Shown here: in pieces, positions 46,255 through 55,896 of the stretch
How the letters are laid out: each line of letters starts with the position of its first letter
Numbering within the stretch: position 1 is the stretch's first letter
Assembly (NCBI GenBank): GCA_043228905.1
Contig: JBHGNT010000020.1
Coordinates: 4,526,001-4,590,000 of the forward strand
Length of the DNA: 64,000 bases
Direction: 5' to 3'
Source of the DNA: Azolla caroliniana
Taxonomy: Eukaryota > Plantae > Polypodiophyta
Position numbers and translations under genes: made by a program
Notes under the pieces: generated by a model
Told to the model about the DNA's origin: nothing
Database searches by the model: none
Seen by the model: only the letters and a program-made list of their open reading frames with translations

Positions 46255-49110
46255 ATGGCACTGTCGGACGGAGCGCGACAATGGCTGACGGAGAACGGAT
46301 TAGGAGGGCTGCTGCGGGTCGCTGATGCTCCACCACACAAGGAACCAGAGCAGGCGGCAACAGCGGTAGACTTAGCAGAGGTCACTGAAGGAGCGGTACA
46401 AGCGCTCACAGGGATTTCGGAGGGAGGACTTCAAACAATAGAGCTACCCTCGAGCCAAATATTCTTCGAGTATTTCGGCGAATATTCCCTCAGCAGCAAG
46501 GCGTATCGCACACAGGGCGGAGAGAACCTGCTGTTCGGAGAGGTGGCCCGCGCCCTGATGGAGTATGGGTTCGTGAACCCTCGTCCGGCAGCCATAGCCA
46601 AATACCGAGCAGCGATCGTCGCCGCGACATTCGAAGGCCTGCAGGTGGACTGGCTCCACTTCATCACCGAAGGACTGCAAGAGGCGATCAAGCACTTGGT
46701 GGAAGGGAAGAAGCCATGGTCCGGAATATCCCAATGGTTAACAGTGTTGGTCCCACCGGTGTCCCCCATCAAGCACAAGCAAAGAAGTCGGCAGGAGACT
46801 ACCCCGAAGCAAACCATGAAACGCCGACGAATCCTAGAGAAACACACTCCAGGATGGACACAGGAAGAAGAACAGCCGCGGAAAGAAGGCTCATCTCGAC
46901 AACCGCGGGAAGAAGACTCCTCCCGACAGCAACGGGAGGAAGGCCCATCACGACAGCCACAGAAACAGCAACAGCAACCGACCACGAAGAAGGAAAAGGC
47001 GGAGAAAGGCAAGGAGAAGCTGGCGAAGAAAACCAGCAAGAGACAAACCGACACCGAACCAGTAACGCTCGAATCGGAACCGGTACCAGTAAAGGAACCG
47101 ATAGTCGCAGCGACGGAGGACGCCGAAACAGAGGAAGAGTCATCCGAACCGATGTTAATACTACCACCCAGGCAAGGGAAGGAGAAACGGGCGACAAGAC
47201 CGACCCCAACAGCGGTCGGAACTCAACAACGGGCGGAAGAACCAGTAACCGGAACAGAAGCGACACAGGATGAAGGTTCGTCTGCACCAAAGACGGCAGT
47301 ACCGGAACCGACAGCGGCGGAGTTCGAAGAACCAAGGAAGGAACAAGCGCCGGAGCAAGAGAAGAGGCCGGAAAAACAGTCGGAGCTAGGTACGCCTGCT
47401 CACACCAACGAAGGCAGAACAAAGGCACAGTGGCTAAGGTGGGTGTCAGGGCAGTTGTCGGGAGTAGCAGACCAGATGGAGAAAGAGGAGGAGCAAAGGG
47501 AACAAGTAACTAGGACGACGACTAAAGATATGATCATGCTCCGGGCACAATTACATGGGCTGCAAGAAGAGCTAGCACAGGCAAAAGAAGGCAGCCGACA
47601 AGCGCAAGATGGCACCGAGCCGGTCGGGACATCAGAAAAGCAAGCCGAACCAGAAACGGAGAAGGCCTTGCAAACCGGCCCTGAGACCGAGAAGTTAATA
47701 GCAACTTTGAAAGAAGAATTACAGGCTCAGGAGGCATTGAGAGATAACGAAAGAGAGCAGCGGAAGTTGGTAGAAGACGACAGACGGCGAATGGAGGAAG
47801 GCCTTCGCCGAAGCAAAGCCACCAATGACCGACTACAAGAAGAAAACGGGACACTGCAAAAGGAAAAAGATAGGCTGCGCCGACGACTGGAGCAGGAAAT
47901 CGAGCGGTTGCGAGAGGAACTCCGACAACAAAAGGACCGGGATGATCGGTTGCGAGATCAGGCGAACCGACGCCTAAAACAGAAGACGGAGGAATTCGAC
48001 CGACTATGTAAGGATTATAAACAGGCCACGTCGGACATCAAGAATCAGGCAGCAACGTATGACCGACAGATAGAAAAGCTGAAAGAGCAGCTCAAGGAAA
48101 ACCGCTTGGAATTGTCCAAAGCAAGGGAGGAAGTATCGGTGGAGAAGACCTTGACGTCGGAACAAAGAAAAGAGATGGAAGTACTTCGGCAGAAAGTAGG
48201 GGAGCTGACAAAGAGTTGGAACGAGGAAAAAGTGAAGTCGACTTTCGAAATCAACAAATGGCGGAGTACCTGTGACAAGCAAAAAGTCGACTCGGAAGCT
48301 CAAGCTCAGTTAATGGCCGACATCATCAAACGGATAAGGAAGGAAAAACAAGCAGCTTCGGAACAGGCTAAAGCAGGGGTTGACCGAATTAAGTTCATCA
48401 TGTCAAGCTGGAGTACCCGAGCTCAGGCCAGCATAAATGAAAGCACGGAGAAACTCTGGAAGGAATGGGCACAACAGGCAGCTGAACTGCAGATACTCCG
48501 AGCTGATGCAGAAAATCGGAAGAAAAACGGAGATGGGTTCTATAAAATGGACGAAGAAAGTATCGTCAACATCCGGGAAGAACTGTCGGAGGATTTCTAT
48601 GCTCTAGCAGAAGAACATCTCAAGGAAATCCGAGGGTTAGTAGAGAGGTTGGATGACGGACAGCTCGAAACCCAACTAGAATTGGAAGGGTACGAGAAGG
48701 ACCGACTGCGACAGGAAGCCGAGGGACACACAACGCCGATCTCCATTAGTGAGGGCGAGCGACCGGCTGAAGAGGACCCAACCAACAATGTACCCGAGGA
48801 AGAACTTCCGGAGCAAGAGCAGGTTGATGCCGGGGATGATGCAGAGTGGAGACAGAGAAGTACCGAATCCGGGGAGGAAAGGACACAACCAGTGGAAACC
48901 GGAGAGAGCGATACCGGGAACGGAACGGAGGTGGAGCAGGACAGACCCAGACAGGATACAGAAGAAACACCGGTACCACCGGTACAAGCAGAGTCGAAGC
49001 AGCAAGATGCGAAAAGGCAGCCAATCCAATCGGACGTCGGAGACGGCACAGGCAAAACAACACTTGAAACCTCGGAGCGGAGTTTGCCTGATAATTTGAA
49101 GGAAGACTGA
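46255..49110 (+). CDS. ORF2 of A3: 951-aa protein of unknown function (globular N-terminus, long coiled coil, acidic tail)
   Basis: Open frame. The MALS start is conserved in A1 and A2, and the N-terminal and late coiled-coil blocks are conserved in A2. Confidence 0.85.
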   Translation: MALSDGARQWLTENGLGGLLRVADAPPHKEPEQAATAVDLAEVTEGAVQALTGISEGGLQTIELPSSQIFFEYFGEYSLSSKAYRTQGGENLLFGEVARALMEYGFVNPRPAAIAKYRAAIVAATFEGLQVDWLHFITEGLQEAIKHLVEGKKPWSGISQWLTVLVPPVSPIKHKQRSRQETTPKQTMKRRRILEKHTPGWTQEEEQPRKEGSSRQPREEDSSRQQREEGPSRQPQKQQQQPTTKKEKAEKGKEKLAKKTSKRQTDTEPVTLESEPVPVKEPIVAATEDAETEEESSEPMLILPPRQGKEKRATRPTPTAVGTQQRAEEPVTGTEATQDEGSSAPKTAVPEPTAAEFEEPRKEQAPEQEKRPEKQSELGTPAHTNEGRTKAQWLRWVSGQLSGVADQMEKEEEQREQVTRTTTKDMIMLRAQLHGLQEELAQAKEGSRQAQDGTEPVGTSEKQAEPETEKALQTGPETEKLIATLKEELQAQEALRDNEREQRKLVEDDRRRMEEGLRRSKATNDRLQEENGTLQKEKDRLRRRLEQEIERLREELRQQKDRDDRLRDQANRRLKQKTEEFDRLCKDYKQATSDIKNQAATYDRQIEKLKEQLKENRLELSKAREEVSVEKTLTSEQRKEMEVLRQKVGELTKSWNEEKVKSTFEINKWRSTCDKQKVDSEAQAQLMADIIKRIRKEKQAASEQAKAGVDRIKFIMSSWSTRAQASINESTEKLWKEWAQQAAELQILRADAENRKKNGDGFYKMDEESIVNIREELSEDFYALAEEHLKEIRGLVERLDDGQLETQLELEGYEKDRLRQEAEGHTTPISISEGERPAEEDPTNNVPEEELPEQEQVDAGDDAEWRQRSTESGEERTQPVETGESDTGNGTEVEQDRPRQDTEETPVPPVQAESKQQDAKRQPIQSDVGDGTGKTTLETSERSLPDNLKED

Positions 49111-49117
49111 AGCCGGC

Positions 49118-49158
49118 TGTGGGTTCGAAGTGCAATGCACTTTCCCACGGGCGTGCCA
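49118..49158 (+). other. tRNA-3'-end-like sequence / inverted PBS in place of a PPT (A3)
   Basis: TCCCACGGGCGTGCCA at 49143-49158, then TG, then the LTR. Confidence 0.75.
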
Positions 49159-51128
49159 TGTGTTGGCCGGTCAGAGAAGGCAAATGGGAAAGCAAGGTCG
49201 GATCGGATAAATATAGAAATAGGAATAGAATTATTAGGAGGGACGGATCCGGTAGTTGTAACCGATCCGGATCCGAACCGATTCGGTTTCGGTTAACGGT
49301 TGCCTACCGAGCACCGATTGTAATCTGGCCGGATGCCTATAAAAGGATCCGATGTTTTGTAATGAAAGCGCGAAGAATTAATATAGTTTTGCTTATGCTG
49401 ATTAATCTTGTCTTCGTCTGTGCTTAAGTGTAATTATCATACGCGTGTATTAACATCCTATCCCTACCACCCCTTTGGAGAAGTGTCGGATAGACACCTG
49501 TGTTGCGGCTAGTCCAGCCATACATACAACATTCAATAGTATTTTGAGACTCGAACCCACAACCTCATACACCAAAGTCAACACAACTACCATTAGGCTA
49601 GGTCCTTTTTGTTTAAGATTATATTTTCATGTTTATTGTTATTGCATATATTGTTTCATACATAAAAGCTCAAATGAGCGAGATGTTTATCATGCATCAC
49701 ATGTAATGCATGAACGCCAAATGGCGATCATGCATCGCATGCATGTCCTGTACCCTCCAATGCATCATATACATGGGGGCACCTATTTAAAGGGTGAAAG
49801 AGAAGATCAAAAGGGGAAGAGGTTTGAGATATCAATCAAATTATGTATTACATAAGAGATACCATAAAAATAGAGAAAGAAGGGAAGAAGTGAACATAAA
49901 CATGGAGCTCTAGCTTGACGGTCGTGGTGGTCAACTCTCAACAAGAGGGAGGCGGTTCGAGCCTTATCTTCATCAAAATATTGAAGTGAAGATTGTAGTG
50001 GTCTACGATCAAGAAAGAGAAGAGTTATTACCTTGCAAGACAAAGTTCGGAGGTTCAACGACGTGCAGAATCATTTTGTAACTCTTTCATGAAAATGATT
50101 ATAAATTTCATACACTTTCTCATATATTATTTTATATCTTATCTTGTCTTATCTTATATTCCTTAAAAATCCTATTTTGTCATATCTTATTGATCTCTAT
50201 TCACTCCATCTCTAGTCTTTCGTCTCTTCCGTCCATAATCCCAGTGATTCCTTCCTCACTTTCACGTTATCCTCTGTGTGCGCAATGCTACGCTTCTAGA
50301 CGAGTCACGTCACGATAGCGTCGTGCCGTTTTGAAATTCTACTAAAATAAGGCATTTTTTAACATCTCACTAAGATATGAAAAAGAGAATGCAACATATT
50401 ACCTGTTTCAAATGACCCGGTGTTTACGCTTCCTCACCACCGACCGTTGTCGAGAAGAAAACCGTCCCGAGGCGGAATCCGGGAATAGTGTGCGTGAACC
50501 AGCCCTTACACAGGCACAAAGTTTGATGTATTGTACATAGTTAGGTACAGAGAAATCAAGGAAATCAAGGAGTATCTCTGTCCGAAAGGACAGAGAATAA
50601 TAGTGGTGTGACCGGTTCTAACGTCTTTCCCTCCTTTGGCTATAAAAGAGAGGTAAAGGGGCAGAGTCGGGATTGCGTTCTATCGGGGACGAAGTGTTTG
50701 CGGACCGGGACTGAGCCCTTCTCCTATGTCTTCCTTTGTTGTTGCTCTCTGTAGGTTTTCGGGAGGCTGCCTCTGCTTCATGGAAAGCCCGAGTGCTTCC
50801 GGCAGAGTCTCCATCTCTCGTTTCTGTGTGTGCGTGTGAGTGTTAGAGCGTTGTCGCTCATTGGCCTGCCAATTGTAACCCTAATCATATATATATATAT
50901 ATATATATATATTCTTCTTCTTCTTCTTTTTGTCGAGTCAGTTGCGAGATCTGTGTATTTGAGTGTGTGTGTGGCTCGGCCATTGTCCTTGCGTTGCTCC
51001 TCCCTCTATTTGGTTATTCCTCGGTTCGAGGCCCCCGCGGTCCCGCCTTAGTCTCTCCCGCACAAGCGGAACAACACGACATAATTTGGTGAACCTAACG
51101 TGAAACAAGGCGGCAGAGGAATCGAAAG

Positions 51129-54100
51129 ATGAGGGGATTGGAGCTTGCCGAAGCCATAGCTTCTGATGTTGATCGGATAGTGAGTGCGTGTGAGGGCACA
51201 GGCGCCCTCGACAGGGCCATCGATGTGATTGTTGGTACAATAGGCTGGTTCAGTGGGAAGGATGCCACGAGCTATCTCGAGGCCTATCGAGCCAAAATGG
51301 TAATGAGGGACATTCTGGAGGACATGCGGCTGGCCGGATTCCCTCAGGTGGCAATGATGGGCATCCACGCGGAGGTGCTCGAGGTGCGGGCTGAGTGCCG
51401 GACCTGGGAAGAATTCGAAGGTCGGCTCCTTCAGAAGTACGGGCTTGATGACGCGCTTCGGCTATCGAAGCGGGACTTCGTGGAGTGGGTGGAGACACCC
51501 AAAAAGGGGAGAAACGCGTCGGTGCTCCTCCTGGAGTTTGAGGAACGCTTTGCACGACTCTCGGCACTAGAAAGGACCATACTAGATACGAGTTGGGTTC
51601 GGTTGTTCGTAAAGGCTATGGACGTGCGGGATCGGGAGCAAGTGGGTCTCTTGCTAGAGACAGACGACGGCCTGACGACCAACTGGGCCATGGTGAAAAG
51701 AGTCTGCGGCCGTTTCGAAAAATGGCGTGAGTGGGGTGACAAGGGCTCATCAGGGGCGGGATCTGTTGCGGCAAGAAAGCTGGAGGGACCACTGCCGGCG
51801 CGAAGGGAGGAAACTCGGGATTGGCTCGAGAACGGCTCGACATCGACCAACGTGGTCAAAGGCCCATCCGGAGGAGCAGCTCTGGAAGAGCTGACGTAGA
51901 TGGTACGAGACCTCCAGATTTCGTAGGCAAGGAGGGATGGCGGCGAGCAGCCTCGCGATCGAAGGCCTCCGGCTGGGCATCGGTGCTTGTGGTGTGACGC
52001 GGTCGGTCACATCCTAAAGGACTGCGGGGACTTCGCGGAAGTGCTCGGGGCTAACGTGGTGTACCTATGGAACAGGCGGGTGCATGCTAGCGAGACCCAG
52101 AGAGCCCTGGAATTGAACATCGGACGCGGAGGAATGACGCGGCCAATGGAAGAAACATCGGCGCGGCATGCGGAGACCATCCACTACTCGGCGTCGGCAG
52201 GAATCCAAGTCAGGAGTGATGAAGGCCAGAGGATGAAGGACTCCGGGTTCTTGTTATTGGTAGCTAGAAGGCCTCGTCGGCGTGCGGCTGAGGAAGGAGG
52301 AAGTGGACTGCGCAAAAAGGCGAGTCCGGGAGGTCACCGGGTGGGACGACCCGGTCGAGGAAAAGACCGGCTATGTGGAACCCGTGTGCCAGAACTACGA
52401 GGTTCTGGTAGAGGACAAGCATGTGGGAAAAGCTGAAGGGGACGGACCCTCGCAGCGGTACGAGACCTGGTTCGAGTCAAAGCAAAATGATGCGAATACC
52501 ACTAGCGCACCAAACAAGATAAAGAAGGTCGGTTACTGGCTGAGCACCGAGATAGAAAAGGGCGACGGATCTACGAAAGGTCCTGGAGGAACGAATCCTC
52601 GATAGCAAGGTGGAGCTGTCATTAAGGGAACTGCTCGAGATCGCCAAGAAGGAGTTCCACGACTCCATCGTGGACTTGGTGAAGCAGAAACGGCTTTCGA
52701 CGGAGCCAGAGCCGGAGAAGTTGGTGGAGGTGCGAATGAAGCACCTAGAAGATATGGCCCTGGAGGACGAGTTGGCGGAAAGCTACTATTCGAGGCTGCA
52801 TTGGGCTAGAGCCACTACGGAGACCTTCGTTCGGATTGGAGACGTCTAGGAGCCGGTGGTGGCGTTGGTAGACCATAGTTCGGAGATGAACCTAATGTCC
52901 ATGGACAATACGTGCGGCGATGCGTGCCACGGAGGAACTACACAGGGCCTGCCCAAATGTACGAGTGAAGATCGGTGATGTCGAGATTGATCAACACTTC
53001 TTCGTGCAGGAGACATCCTTGCACCCGGTAATCCTCGGCGAACCGTACATCCCAGCGGCACGCATGGAGACGAAGGTGTTGGATAACGGTTCGGCATACA
53101 CTCGAGTGAAGAGCCAAGATGGGTGGCACTCCGTCCAATTTCTAACGGTGCGACCGAACCACGAGTGCAACCGCGAGACCCTCGGTCGAGGGGATTCTTA
53201 GAGAGGACTATCAAGGCGTGGAGCTGCGATAGTCCGAACACCCCGGAAAAAACCCACAAGTGTACCATAGGAAGGAAACCTTGTACCATAGGAAGGCCTC
53301 AGTGGAGACCGGACAATTCCGGTTAGTTTGGAACGGATGTACAAAGTCATCGCCGACTTTGGGAAAGGAGTCAAGTCGGATCGGACGGCCCGTGTGGATA
53401 CAAGGTACAAGACTATGGATTGGAAGGTGAGGCCAGTCGCGGCACCCTTGCCAGAGGGCAGCGAGTTACGGATGAAAGGGGTCGCATCAGACCCGAGTTT
53501 ACGAGATCCGGCTGGCATAGGACACCGGTTCACCGACATAACGCTACGTGAGCTCAAGGTCAGTGGGGGTGGCTTTCTACTGCCCGCGGAGGAGGAATGG
53601 TTTCAGAGAATGCTCGGGAGGCACGGGAAGGCCTTCGCATTCTCGCCGGAGGAGATCAGGTGCGTAGACCCGACAGTCGTTGAACCAATGGTTATCTTCA
53701 TGGTACCGCATGTACCGTGGAATCTCAAGTTAATTCCAGTACCCAGAGCTCACATCCCGAAGTTAATGGAGTTGCTAAAGCAGAAGGTGAAGATAGGCAT
53801 CCTCGAGCCGTGGAGTGCCCCGTATTCAAATCGGTGGTTTACCGTGCCGAAAAAGAACAGCACGTTACGCTTCATTCAGGACCTGTAGTCGGTCAACAAG
53901 GTGACCATTCGGAATGTCGGAATCGGACCAACCATTGACTAGTTCACGGAGGCCTTCGCCGGAAGGTCGATTTACTCGATCGGGGATCTATACTCGGGGT
54001 ATGACCAATTCCAACTAGCCGTAGAGAGCAGGGATATTACGATGATGCGGACTCCTCTTGACCTAGTGCGGATGTGTACCCTTCCGCAAGGAGGGACGAA

Positions 54101-55398
54101 CTCAGTAGCGCACATGGTGAATGTGATGAATAAGGTACTAAGAGACTGTATCCCGGACATTACCATGCCCATCTTGGACGATGTCCCGATCCAAGGATGT
54201 CCGATGGAAGATAGGGAGGAAACGATCAGATCGGACGGGTGTCGGAAATTCGTTGCGAACCACATCGGCAATTGCGAGAAGGTGCTACAAAGGCTGGAGG
54301 GCGCGCAGCTCACCTTCTCCAGGGAGAAATTGGCTTTTTGACAATCGGAAATCATGGTCGTCGAGCACCTGTGTGGGCCTTATGGCCGGAAACCGTCTCC
54401 AACCAAGGTAGAAGCCATCTCCGCGATGAAGGGAGACTGCAAGTCGATTACGGAAGTCTAGAGGTTCTTGGGAGCTTGCGCGTTCTACCACATCTGGATC
54501 CCGCATTACGCCCACATCGCGGAGCCACTCTACAGGTTGTTAAAGAAAGGGCGCAAATTCAAGTGGAGCGGGGAGCATACAGAGTCGGTTCGAAAAATGA
54601 AGGAAGCGCTTGTCGTGGCACCGACGCTCCGGAAAGCGGTGTATGGAAAGGAGGTTCCAATTTTTGTAACCATAGAGATGAGTCTGACCGGGATAGGATG
54701 GGTGATCAACCACGAGGATGAGAACGGTGCGAGGTTCCCCATCTGGTACAGTGCGAAAGTACTCAGTGAGCGACAACGAGGATACCCCTAGGTTAAACGC
54801 GAACTCTAGGGTATCATTTCGGCGGTCAAGGCCAATAGAGACTACCTGATAGGGACAGACGTGATAATAGAGACAAATTGCCTACCGATCCTTGGTATGG
54901 TTTCCGGATGCGCGACGTGAGACCTGGTGATGCTCAGATGGATCGTGTACATTAAGTCCCTAAACCCGGAGATATGACACATTTCTGGGAAGGACAACAC
55001 CATGGCCGATAGGCTTTCGAGAGCGAGGTTTGATGACGAGGGCGGCATGGTTTCGGAGGACGAGGAAGTCGGCGTGGACTTCTTCGAGACGGCTTACGTG
55101 ACGACGAGAAAGGGGAGCACTCCGGCGCTTAACGAGTTCGACGAGGGCAGGTACGGCGGGGAGTGGCTCCAGATCGGCAGGTTCCTGAAGACGATGACGT
55201 TGGACACGGCGTGGACAATCGAAGAGGCTAACCGGATCTGGAAGAAAGCGTACCGATTCTTCCTACGGGACGGAAGCATATGGAAGCCCCCAAAGAAGCG
55301 AGACGGCATCCCACTCTGGGTAGTGGCGAGGAAGGAAGAGCAGGACGCATTGTTGACAGCGTACCACGAGAGTTCTTGGGCTAGACATCGCGGGACAT
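51129..55398 (+). pseudogene. gag-pol: Element C gag-protease-RT-RNase H (many stops)
   Basis: Motifs include the CDAVGHILKDC knuckle, VILGEPY, WFTVPKKN, LPQGGTNS, ILDDVPI and MADRLSR. Confidence 0.88.
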
Positions 55399-55896
55399 TG
55401 TCAGGAATAGTACTAAAGCAAAGATGGAATTAGTACTAAGAAGAGCAGTACTATTAGTACTAAGAGGAGAGAGAGAGATAGCGAAGATGAGAGAGAGAGA
55501 AAGATGATGACAACAGCTAATATATTATGTGAAAAAGATAATTACAAGCGGCTAAGAGGCTTAAGACTGGTGTTGAACCAATTTGGTTCAACATAATGCC
55601 TAGTGGCTTCTTTTATAGTGTTGTCAAGAGTAATCCTGAAACTTCTAGAATGTTCCAGAGAAATCTGGAATATACATTACTTTCTTATAATAAAACATAA
55701 ATGAAAATAATATTCTATGAATTACAATAGATGGTGTGATGGTTAAGAGCTCGACCCATATACCATAAAGTCATGGGTTCGAGTCTTGCCATATCATGAC
55801 ACTATCTCCCCCTTAAAGACGACGAGTTGAACAAGTCAGCGCTGATTGCGGACCGGGTTTGTCCGGATACTTTCGGTGGAAATCAGCAAGTAGATC

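Larger units (their letters stand above)
39357..49531 (+). mobile_element. Gypsy A3, complete and apparently intact (10,175 bp)
   Basis: 371-bp LTRs 39357-39727 and 49161-49531 with no difference seen by eye, TSD TTCAA, PBS, both ORFs open. Confidence 0.98.
35545..50424. mobile_element. Non-autonomous TIR DNA transposon D2 (about 4.7 kb without A3), superfamily uncertain
   Basis: 37-bp TIRs with 3 mismatches (35545-35581, 50388-50424) and 4-bp TSD TACG. Removing it restores the B1 reading frame. Confidence 0.85.

Noticed and set aside
55728-55790. A functional tRNA gene inside the LTRs
   Set aside because: Only the A and B boxes are conserved. The acceptor and anticodon stems do not pair convincingly.
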